32,000 bases of DNA from Candidatus Electrothrix sp. GW3-4 (lineage in GTDB: Bacteria; Desulfobacterota; Desulfobulbia; Desulfobulbales; Desulfobulbaceae): the NCBI RefSeq assembly GCF_037902255.1, contig NZ_CP147990.1, positions 1,530,001-1,562,000 on the forward strand, written 5' to 3'. Each line of letters opens with the position of its first letter. Positions within the stretch are counted from its first letter, which is position 1. The notes beneath the pieces are model-generated. The model was not told where the DNA came from. It did not search any database and saw nothing but the letters and a program-made list of their open reading frames with translations. A program made the translations under genes and the position numbers. Shown here piece by piece: positions 15,743 to 23,294 of this stretch.

Positions 15743-17416
15743 ATGCTGGTAAGGTTTCTGTATATTCTGCTCGTTCTGTCAATTGCGCTTCCGGTGCAGG
15801 CCGCTTCTCCCTATGGTCGTTTTCACGCCTTGGTGATTGGTAATGAAAACTACAGACATCTCAAGACGCTGAATACTCCTATAGAGGATGCCGAGGCGGT
15901 GGCCGAGCTGTTACAAGATCAGTACGGATTTGACGTTGAGTTATTGCCGGATGCTACGTGGAAGCAGACTATGAGAGCGATCTCCGGGTTGCGGGTAACA
16001 GCAAATCAAGAGTCGGATAATCTGCTGATTTACTATGCCGGTCATGGGTATCTCAACAAAAAGACAGGGGTTGAATATTGGCAGCCAGTCGATGCTGAGA
16101 GAGATAATGATATCTACTGGATTCCGACATCAAGAATTACCAGTATGCTGAAAGAGATTCGGGCTAAACATGTGTTGGTGGTGGCTGATTCCTGCTATTC
16201 CGGCAGCCTGCTGACACGGGATTCCGGGGCGAAACTGCCGGACGGGTCAGGACTGGATGAACTGCTCCGGCGGATGCAGGAGAGACGTTCCCGCACCGCC
16301 CTGACCTCGGGCGGTGAAGAGCCGGTGTGGGATGCTGGCGGAGGAAATCATTCGGTGTTTGCCAAGGCGTTTCTTGATGCTTTGCGGGAGAATCGAAAAA
16401 TTCTGGACGGATATACCATCTTTGATCGGATCAGACGACCGGTCGCTTTGAATGCTCCGCAGACACCTCAGTACGGGGATATTCGGATGACAGGCCATGA
16501 GTGGGGTGATTTTTTGTTGGTGCCCAAGGAGTTGCAGAATATAGAGATTCCTGATTTTGTCGCGTCGCTTGCTGGTTTTGCCACCAGAGATAATTCTCGG
16601 CAGAACAAAGAACCTCAACAGGGCGATCCTTTCATCGACCCAACCACCGGCATGGAGTTGGTATATATCCCCAAGGGATGTTTTCAGATGGGGCAGACAG
16701 TTGAGGGAAAACAACAAATTATTGCCGAGGCTGGACAGGAGACTTACGACTCATACTATGAGGACGAACTTCCCCGGCATAAGGTGTGCGTGGATGGCTT
16801 CTGGATGGGAAAGTACGAAATGACCCAGGGGCAATGGAAGCAGATTATGGGCAAAAATCCGGCCAAATTTAAAAAGGGTGACAAGTATCCGGTGGAGCAG
16901 GTATCTTGGGAGGATGTGCAGAAGTTCATTGGTGAGCTAAATAAGAGAGCTGGTAAGAAATACCGTTTGCCCACTGAGGCGGAATGGGAGTATGCGGCTA
17001 GGGCCGGGACAACGACGGTACGGCATTGGGGGAATGATATTTCCTGTGATAAGGCGATGTATGACAACTATTCAGAAACGGATAACTGTGCCGAGTATGT
17101 CAGAAAACGAGGATTTCAGAATGGTTCCACCGCGCCAGTAGGAAAATATCCCGAGAATGATTTTCACCTGCATGATATGTTGGGGAATGTCTGGGAATGG
17201 TGTGCGGACTGGTATGACGAGAAATATTATGCTGAATGTAAGAAGCACGGTGTTACGAATAATCCGGTGGGCCCTTCGTCAGGCTCCGACCGCGTGATTC
17301 GCGGCGGCAGCTGGAGCAATGACCCGAGGCTCGTGCGTTCGGCGAATCGCCTCAGGAACACGCCTGGCTATCGCTACTTCAGCTTGGGCTTTCGGCTTGC
17401 TCTCCCAGATCAGTAA
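15743..17416 (+). CDS. secreted caspase-like (peptidase C14) + FGE-sulfatase/C-type-lectin-fold protein; DGR variable (target) protein
   Basis: Start at ATG 15743 (GGGGAG RBS). The 15548 start in the ORF track overlaps the preceding gene. Signal peptide MLVRFLYILLVLSIALPVQA/AS. Caspase dyad motifs LLIYYAGHG and VLVVADSCYSG. FGE-sulfatase domain GMELVYIPKGCFQMG...WEYAARAG...GNVWEWCADWY...RVIRGGSWSNDPRLVRSANR....LGFRLA, with the VR at its end. Confidence 0.85.
   Translation: MLVRFLYILLVLSIALPVQAASPYGRFHALVIGNENYRHLKTLNTPIEDAEAVAELLQDQYGFDVELLPDATWKQTMRAISGLRVTANQESDNLLIYYAGHGYLNKKTGVEYWQPVDAERDNDIYWIPTSRITSMLKEIRAKHVLVVADSCYSGSLLTRDSGAKLPDGSGLDELLRRMQERRSRTALTSGGEEPVWDAGGGNHSVFAKAFLDALRENRKILDGYTIFDRIRRPVALNAPQTPQYGDIRMTGHEWGDFLLVPKELQNIEIPDFVASLAGFATRDNSRQNKEPQQGDPFIDPTTGMELVYIPKGCFQMGQTVEGKQQIIAEAGQETYDSYYEDELPRHKVCVDGFWMGKYEMTQGQWKQIMGKNPAKFKKGDKYPVEQVSWEDVQKFIGELNKRAGKKYRLPTEAEWEYAARAGTTTVRHWGNDISCDKAMYDNYSETDNCAEYVRKRGFQNGSTAPVGKYPENDFHLHDMLGNVWEWCADWYDEKYYAECKKHGVTNNPVGPSSGSDRVIRGGSWSNDPRLVRSANRLRNTPGYRYFSLGFRLALPDQ
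17281..17412 (+). repeat. DGR variable repeat (VR), last 132 nt of the target gene
   Basis: Aligns to the TR at 18986-19093. The 70-nt left flank and 25-nt right flank are identical except for 5 positions, all at TR adenines. The central segment is 33 nt in the VR versus 9 nt (AACAACAAC) in the TR. Confidence 0.85.
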
Positions 17417-17427
17417 CGCAGGGGTTT

Positions 17428-17440
17428 GGGGCGAAGCCCC
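17428..17440 (+). other. GC-rich hairpin 16 nt downstream of the VR (candidate DGR target-recognition hairpin and/or terminator)
   Basis: GGGGC-gaa-GCCCC, followed 6 nt later by TTTTTT (17447-17452). Confidence 0.4.
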
Positions 17441-17516
17441 GGCGAATTTTTTATGAGGTATTACAGAAATGTATTGTTTTTTTTAAACGAATTTCACGTT
17501 TATAACGTCGCCAATT

Positions 17517-18020
17517 ATGTCTCTTCAATACAAAGTATTCACAGTGCGTCCCGTGTTTTCCTCAGAAGACGAGGAGGCGTTGAACCTGTTCCTTCGCTCT
17601 CATAAAGTTCTGACCGTCCATCAAGAGTTTGTCGCCGACGGCATCAATTCGGCTTGGCATTTTGCCGTCGAATTTCTCGTAGGCCAAGCCAATGAAAAGA
17701 GTGGTTCCGGCGACGGGCGCAAAAGAATTGACTATCGGGAATCCCTTGATCCAGAATCCTTCTCCCTATATGCCCGTCTGCGAGACTGGCGTAAGCAGGT
17801 TGCTGAACAGGAGGCCGTGCCCTTGTACACCATCTTCACTAACAAACAGCTGGCATGCATAGCCGAGGAGCGTATACAGAGTAAGGAAGGCTTGCGGAAG
17901 ATTGAAGGTGTCGGCGCGGCCAGAATAGATAAATATGGGGCGGCTCTCATTGAACTTGTTGTAACAGCTCACGAAAAAAACGATGAAGCGCCTGAACAAC
18001 CTCTATCCACAGATCACTGA
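17517..18020 (+). CDS. HRDC-domain DGR accessory protein
   Basis: 167 aa. The C-terminal ~70 aa (LYARLRDWRKQVAEQEAVPLYTIFTNKQLACIAEERIQSKEGLRKIEGVGAARIDKYGAALIELV) match the HRDC (RecQ/RNase D C-terminal) pattern. The gene overlaps the RT start by 38 nt. Confidence 0.75.
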   Translation: MSLQYKVFTVRPVFSSEDEEALNLFLRSHKVLTVHQEFVADGINSAWHFAVEFLVGQANEKSGSGDGRKRIDYRESLDPESFSLYARLRDWRKQVAEQEAVPLYTIFTNKQLACIAEERIQSKEGLRKIEGVGAARIDKYGAALIELVVTAHEKNDEAPEQPLSTDH

Positions 18021-19002
18021 TCCAGATAATCTCCGTCTGGCCTTTTGTAAGGCTGCACGAGGTAAACAGGACAGAGCCGAGGCTGTCAGATTTCGTGCGG
18101 ATTTTGAACGGAATATTCAAAAATTGCACAGACAGCTCCTGCTTGAGGAACCGGATATCGGCCATTATCGTTTTTTCACCGTTTGTGATCCTAAACCACG
18201 CCGTATCTGTGCGGCTTCGTTCCCGGAGCGGGTGCTGCATCATGCGATTATGAACGTCTGCGAACCGGCCCTGAACGCCTATCACATTTATGATACTTAT
18301 GCCTGCCTGCCCGGTAGAGGCCAGTATAAGGCCCTGGATCGTGCGGTTAAATTTTCAGGTTCATCGTCCTGGTATTTACAACTTGATATCAGACACTATT
18401 TTGATTCCATTGATCATCGCATCATGCTTGATCTGCTGAAGAGAAGATTCAAGGACAAGCAGCTGCTCAACCTTTTTGCCCAACTGCTGGACAGCTTTCA
18501 CAGTCGGCCCGGCAAAGGTCTGCCCATTGGCAACCTGATTTCCCAGCATCTTGCCAATTACTACCTCGGTATATTTGACCATTGGATTAAGGAGGAGCGG
18601 CGTTATAAAAAATATTTGCGTTACATGGACGATTTCGTTCTGTTTGGTCAAAGTAAGGAAAAATTACGTCAGGAGCTTTGCCGGATTGAAGAATATCTTG
18701 AGAGAACCCTGCAATTACAGTTGCGGCAACCGATAAAGCTTAATCGTTGCCGCCTTGGAGTGACCTTTCTCGGTTATCGCGTTTTTCCAAGCGGGCTACG
18801 CCTGTCGGCCCAGAGTAAAAAACGCTTCATACGTAAACTGAAACAGTATGAGGAAATGTATCAGCTCGGTATATGGGGTGAAGATACTCTAAGCAGACAT
18901 GTTGAACCGCTGATAGAATTTACCAGACACGCCAAGGCAGATGGTTTTCGCCGAACTGTGCTGGAACGATACGGGGGCTGTCCTGAGGCTCCAACCGCGT
19001 GA
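17983..19002 (+). CDS. DGR-type reverse transcriptase
   Basis: 339 aa with RT motifs PKPRRICAASFPERVLHHAIMNV, YLQLDIRHYFDSIDH, LPIGNLISQHLANYYL (DGR hallmark [ILV]GxxxSQ), YLRYMDDFVLF (YMDD) and VTFLGYRV. The stop codon TGA 19000-19002 lies inside the TR. Confidence 0.9.
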   Translation: MKRLNNLYPQITDPDNLRLAFCKAARGKQDRAEAVRFRADFERNIQKLHRQLLLEEPDIGHYRFFTVCDPKPRRICAASFPERVLHHAIMNVCEPALNAYHIYDTYACLPGRGQYKALDRAVKFSGSSSWYLQLDIRHYFDSIDHRIMLDLLKRRFKDKQLLNLFAQLLDSFHSRPGKGLPIGNLISQHLANYYLGIFDHWIKEERRYKKYLRYMDDFVLFGQSKEKLRQELCRIEEYLERTLQLQLRQPIKLNRCRLGVTFLGYRVFPSGLRLSAQSKKRFIRKLKQYEEMYQLGIWGEDTLSRHVEPLIEFTRHAKADGFRRTVLERYGGCPEAPTA

Positions 19003-19093
19003 TTCGCGGCGGCAGCTGGAACAATAACCCGAGGAACGTGCGTTCGGCGAATCGCAACAACAACTTGGGCTTTCGGCTTGCTCTCCCAGCTCA
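18986..19093 (+). repeat. DGR template repeat (TR), 108 nt
   Basis: Invariant, adenine-rich copy of the VR. In the VR frame it encodes NRVIRGGSWNNNPRNVRSANRNNNLGFRLA with 7 AAC and 1 AAT Asn codons. It starts 17 nt before the RT stop. Confidence 0.85.
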
Positions 19094-19334
19094 CCAATGG
19101 TGTGGTGTATCCGTTGCTGAACAGGACAGAATCCGGTCCTCCGTTAAGAGCGGAGGCAAACATGAAGGAGGACTTATCGGGGTTGGTAGTGCCAGCTGGA
19201 TGGCGGCGCGAAAGCCCCGGTTTGTTTTATTGTATCAATACTTCAAAGGAATTAATGATGTTATCATTCATCGGAATGATAACATAAATCGTGCCGCCTG
19301 ACTTACGCCCCCATCAGGTCCAAGGAACCAACCA

Positions 19335-19616
19335 ATGAAAGTCGCAAATCCCCTCTACGATGTCGTGTTCAAATACCTGATGCAGGATATGCGGGTTGCC
19401 AAGCTGGTCATATCCAACATCATTGAACAGGAGATGGAAGATGAAATTCTGGAGCAATTAGCAACTCAGGAGCGGGTAATAGCTTACGAAAGGGCGGAAA
19501 AAGAGAAAGCGGAAGTTGAAAAAAGGAAAGCGGAAGCGGAGAAAGAAAAAGCGGAAGCGGAAGCGGAAAAAGACAGGCTTGAAAAATTATTGAAGCAAGC
19601 AGGTATTGAGTTTTAA
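19335..19616 (+). CDS. internally deleted paralog of the downstream PD-(D/E)XK (Rpn/YhgA-like) gene
   Basis: 93 aa. The first ~30 aa (MKVANPLYDVVFKYLMQDMRVAKLVISNII) parallel the N-terminus of the 19684 gene, then the sequence jumps straight to a K/E/A coiled-coil tail. The nuclease core is missing. Confidence 0.45.
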   Translation: MKVANPLYDVVFKYLMQDMRVAKLVISNIIEQEMEDEILEQLATQERVIAYERAEKEKAEVEKRKAEAEKEKAEAEAEKDRLEKLLKQAGIEF

Positions 19617-19683
19617 GGAAAATAGAAAAGGGATGCGCGGGTCGCTACCCTACCTGGCCTTCACATAAAACAGGATAGAAACA

Positions 19684-20565
19684 GTGCAGATAGCGAATCC
19701 GGTGTATGATGTCGTCTTCAAATATCTGATGGCCGACAACAGCATAGCGAAAAAGATCATCTCGCTCATTATCGGCGAGGAAATAGAAAACCTTGATTTT
19801 CAGCCCACGGAATACAGCGATGATGTGGACAAGGGCAACAGGTCGCTCACCGTCTACCGGCTTGACTTCGCGGCGACCGTGCGCCTGCCCGACGGGAGCC
19901 GCAAGCGAATCATCATCGAGATCCAGAAAGCCAAATTCGCCACCGACATCATGCGGTTCCGTAACTATCTCGGTAAACAGTACTCGAACAAAAACAACGT
20001 GTATGAAGAGGGGAACAGATCGAAAGCCTGTCCGATCCTGAGTATTTATTTTCTGGGCCATCGGCTGGACAATGTCCATGTTCCGGTCACTAGGGTGGAG
20101 CGGAAGTATTATGACAACGCCACAGGCGAGGAACTTCCTGTCCGGGAGGAATTTATTGAAAGCCTGACGCATGACAGCTTTGTTATTCAGATTTCCGAAC
20201 TCAGACGGAAGCGGAGAAACCTGTTGGAAAAAGTGCTGGCGGTGTTCGAGCAGCCCGCTTCGGTGAAGACTCCCCATTTTCTTGATATTTCCGAGTCCGA
20301 GTATCCAGCGGAGTACAGGGAGGTGATCCGAAGGCTGATACAAGCCGCTGCTGAACCCCAGGTCAGGCAGACTATGGATGTGGAGGATGAAATCATAGAG
20401 GAACTCGGCAGTCTTGAACGCATTATAGCGGTTCGTGATAAAACGATTGATGATCAGAAAAGGGAACTTGATGACAAGGACAGGGAGCTTAGTGATAAAA
20501 ACAAGGCTCTTGATGATCAAAAAAAGCTCATTGAGGAATTAAAGAGACAGCTTGGTGAAAAATAA
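19684..20565 (+). CDS. PD-(D/E)XK nuclease family protein (Rpn/YhgA-like putative recombination-promoting nuclease/transposase)
   Basis: 293 aa with a GTG start. N-terminus MQIANPVYDVVFKYLM. Core RLDFAATV....RIIIEIQKAKF (D...ExQ motif). C-terminal coiled coil with D/K/E repeats. Confidence 0.6.
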   Translation: MQIANPVYDVVFKYLMADNSIAKKIISLIIGEEIENLDFQPTEYSDDVDKGNRSLTVYRLDFAATVRLPDGSRKRIIIEIQKAKFATDIMRFRNYLGKQYSNKNNVYEEGNRSKACPILSIYFLGHRLDNVHVPVTRVERKYYDNATGEELPVREEFIESLTHDSFVIQISELRRKRRNLLEKVLAVFEQPASVKTPHFLDISESEYPAEYREVIRRLIQAAAEPQVRQTMDVEDEIIEELGSLERIIAVRDKTIDDQKRELDDKDRELSDKNKALDDQKKLIEELKRQLGEK

Positions 20566-20576
20566 CACCAGGACAT

Positions 20577-20648
20577 CCCCCCCCCAAAAAAAAAACCATC
20601 ATGCCCCAACGGGGCTGTATAGAGTTAGCCCAGGGTAACACCCTGGGC
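20577..20648. terminator. convergent-gene terminator region (two hairpins plus a homopolymer tract)
   Basis: C9A10 tract (20577-20595). Hairpins GCCCC-aac-GGGGC (20603-20615) and GCCCAGGG-taaca-CCCTGGGC (20628-20648). Read on the - strand, the hairpins are followed (7-nt gap) by T10, which suits termination of the 20665-21663 gene. Confidence 0.4.
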
Positions 20649-20664
20649 ATAATTTCCTGAAAAA

Positions 20665-21663
20665 TTACTGCTCAAACAAGGTGGAGATATTCCCCAACAC
20701 AGAGCCTTCACCTACCCCCTTTCCTCCAGCCTGAGGCGCCGCCGCCCAGATCTTCCCGGCCAGGCGGGAAAAGGGGAGGGACTGCAACCAGACATGGCCG
20801 GGCCCGCGCAGGGAGGCAAAGAAGAACCCCTCGCCGCCAAACACCGCTGATTTCACATTGCCCACATACTCAATATCATAATCCACGCTCTGGGTCAGGG
20901 CCACCAGACAGCCGGTATCCACCCGCAGGGTCTCTCCGGCCTGGAGCTGCCGCTCAACAATGGTGCCGCCAGCATGGACAAAGCAGAGACCATCACCGTC
21001 CAGCTGCTGCATGATGAACCCTTCACCACCAAACAGGGCCGTGCCGATCCGCTTCTGAAAAGCGATCCCTATGGCCACCCCCTTGGCAGCACAGAGAAAG
21101 GCGTCCTTCTGGCAGATAATTCGGTTGCCGTATTGACTGAGATCCAGGGGAATAATCTTGCCCGGATAGGGGGAGGCAAAGGCGACCTTACCCTTGCCCT
21201 GGCCCTGAAAGGTGAACATGGTGATGAACAGCCCCTCACCGGTGATCAGGCGTTTACCTGCTCCGAGCATCTTGTCAAAGAAACCTCCCTGCTGAGACGA
21301 GGCAGAGCCGTCACCAAAGACGGTGTCCATTTTAATAAAATCGCTCATGTACATCATGCTGCCTGCCTCGGCCACCACGCTCTCCTGGGGGTCAAGCTCG
21401 ATCTCGACAAACTGCATCTCGTGGCCAAAGATCTCATAGTCGATCTCGTGGGCCTGCCTCCCGGACATGGGAGGAGGCGTGCTGGCTGCCGCATTAGGAT
21501 TGGTCAATTCCCTGACCTGCTCCACTGGCAACCAATCACTCAAACCTTCCCGCCAGACCATGGTGGCCTGATTGTATTGGCCGGATCTGAGCCCGGCGAT
21601 CATCTGTTCATGGGAAAAAGGACCGACCGTCTGGCCGTTGACCGCAACATACCAGGTATACAT
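20665..21663 (-). CDS. GYF_2 (DUF4339) domain + TIGR00266/AIM24 (DUF124) family protein
   Basis: 332 aa. N-terminal [47 protein letters not shown] (GYF-like). The remainder ([33 protein letters not shown]...[10 protein letters not shown]...[14 protein letters not shown]) matches the TIGR00266 pattern. Confidence 0.7.
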   Translation of the reverse strand: MYTWYVAVNGQTVGPFSHEQMIAGLRSGQYNQATMVWREGLSDWLPVEQVRELTNPNAAASTPPPMSGRQAHEIDYEIFGHEMQFVEIELDPQESVVAEAGSMMYMSDFIKMDTVFGDGSASSQQGGFFDKMLGAGKRLITGEGLFITMFTFQGQGKGKVAFASPYPGKIIPLDLSQYGNRIICQKDAFLCAAKGVAIGIAFQKRIGTALFGGEGFIMQQLDGDGLCFVHAGGTIVERQLQAGETLRVDTGCLVALTQSVDYDIEYVGNVKSAVFGGEGFFFASLRGPGHVWLQSLPFSRLAGKIWAAAPQAGGKGVGEGSVLGNISTLFEQ

Positions 21664-21764
21664 AATGGCACCTCATAGGAATTTGTTGGCGTTTGTACGC
21701 TGAATTTTTTTTCTGCCCGGAAAAGCGCTGGCTCTTGGACAGAATATCCATTATTGTTGCAAAT

Positions 21765-23153
21765 ATGGAGAAAAAAATCATAAAAAAATTGCAAGAGGCC
21801 ATGGGGCAGGTTAATCTGCTCACCTCCCTTGAGGAACGCTCTTGTTATAGCTATGATGCCTCAGGGCAAAATTTTATGCCCGAGGCAGTGGCCTTGCCTG
21901 AAACAAGGGAGCAGGTTGCGGCTCTGTTGCGGCTCGCCAATGAACATCGCTTCCCGGTGATTCCCCGTGGGGCAGGGAGCGGCACCACCGGTGGTGCCCT
22001 GCCTGTGCAGGGGGGGCTGGTTATCGGCTTTAGTCGGATGAAGCGGATCGTGGAGATTGATCCGGAGAACATGATCGCCGTGGTGGAACCAGGGGTTATT
22101 ACCGGCGAGCTCCAGGCAGCCTTGAAAAAACAGGGCCTGATGTATCCACCTGATCCGGCCAGCCTCAGGTTTTGCTCCATCGGCGGCAATGCCGGAGAAT
22201 GCGCTGGCGGCCCCAGCGCGGTGAAGTACGGGGTGACCCGCGATTACATCATCGGCCTGGAGGTGGTACTGGCCAGCGGGGAAATCATGCGGACCGGGGT
22301 GCGCACGGAAAAAGGGGTGGTGGGCTACGACCTGACCCGGCTCTTCATCGGCTCCGAAGGCACCCTGGCCCTTTTTACCCAGTTGATTCTCCGTCTTCTC
22401 CCCCTTGCCCAGGCCAAGACGACCTTTCTCCTCAGTTTTTCCTCTCTGGCCCAGGCCACGGGCCTGGTTGCCAAGATCCTCACGGCCGGGTTCATGCCCT
22501 GCACCCTGGAGTACATGGATCAGACCGCGGTGCAGGTGGTTGGTGATCAATTAGATCGATTAACTCCGCCTCTGCCCGAGGAAAGCAAGGCCCTCTTGCT
22601 GGTGGAGTTTGACGGCAATGAAGGAGAGGTCGCACGCCAAGGGAAACTTTTTGCGGAGTTTGTTCATCAGCAGGAAGAAGGGTGCGCATTACGTCAGGCA
22701 AAAACAGAAGAGGAGACTCAGGAACTGTGGTTGGCCCGGCGCTCCATTGCCCCGGCCTGTTTATCCCTGCGTCCCCATAAAATTGCCGAGGATGTGGTGG
22801 TGCCCCGTTCGCGGATACCGGACCTGGTCCAGTTGACCGAGCAGTTGGCCCAGGAGCTGGATCTTATTATCCTGACCTTTGGCCATGCCGGTGACGGGAA
22901 TATCCATGTGAACATTATGGTGGATAAACAGAACCAAGAAGAATATACCAACGGGCTCCAGGCCAAGGAATGGCTCTTTGAGCGGGTGCTTGCCCTGGGG
23001 GGCACCCTCTCGGGCGAACACGGGGTAGGGATCACCAAGTCGCTCTTTCTTGCCCAGGAGCTGGATAGTACGGCCCTTGCTGTGATGCAGAACATCAAGG
23101 CTCTGTTTGATCCCTATAATATTTTGAATCCAGGGAAGATCTTTCCTGGATGA
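21765..23153 (+). CDS. FAD-linked oxidase, GlcD / D-lactate dehydrogenase-like
   Basis: Start at ATG 21765 (MEKKIIKKLQEA). The upstream extension to 21693 looks non-coding. PCMH FAD-binding motifs VIPRGAGSGTTGGALP and CSIGGNAGECAGG. C-terminal GTLSGEHGVGITK. Confidence 0.8.
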   Translation: MEKKIIKKLQEAMGQVNLLTSLEERSCYSYDASGQNFMPEAVALPETREQVAALLRLANEHRFPVIPRGAGSGTTGGALPVQGGLVIGFSRMKRIVEIDPENMIAVVEPGVITGELQAALKKQGLMYPPDPASLRFCSIGGNAGECAGGPSAVKYGVTRDYIIGLEVVLASGEIMRTGVRTEKGVVGYDLTRLFIGSEGTLALFTQLILRLLPLAQAKTTFLLSFSSLAQATGLVAKILTAGFMPCTLEYMDQTAVQVVGDQLDRLTPPLPEESKALLLVEFDGNEGEVARQGKLFAEFVHQQEEGCALRQAKTEEETQELWLARRSIAPACLSLRPHKIAEDVVVPRSRIPDLVQLTEQLAQELDLIILTFGHAGDGNIHVNIMVDKQNQEEYTNGLQAKEWLFERVLALGGTLSGEHGVGITKSLFLAQELDSTALAVMQNIKALFDPYNILNPGKIFPG

Positions 23154-23294
23154 ATTCTTTTGTTCAAGACCTCTTTGTGGTAATATTTTGTGGTAGGATC
23201 TATGAAGGCGTCCCGGTAGGGACAGCACAAAAAGAGACCGGTGTGTTAACGCCGGAAAGAAGAAAAGACGAATTTTGTTGAGCAGCAGGGAATC

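Noticed and set aside
18999-19301. 100-aa ORF beginning MIRGGSWNNNPRNVRSANRNNNLGFRLA
   Set aside because: This is the DGR template repeat read in the VR frame (Asn/AAC-rich), followed by non-coding spacer. It has no RBS and is not an independent gene.
19645-20520. 291-aa - strand ORF fully overlapping the 19684-20565 gene
   Set aside because: The + strand product has the PD-(D/E)XK D...ExQ core and a paralog upstream with the same N-terminus. The - strand product has no recognisable features.
20577-20595. C9A10 homopolymer pair as a phase-variation switch
   Set aside because: It lies between two convergent stop codons, not in a promoter or coding region. It is more simply the U-tract side of the - strand terminator. 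Only the length-error risk is worth noting.
20974-21678. 234-aa + strand ORF opposite the TIGR00266/GYF gene, and a 229-aa - strand ORF (21861-22550) opposite the glcD-like gene
   Set aside because: These are antisense shadows. The family motifs are on the other strand in both cases.
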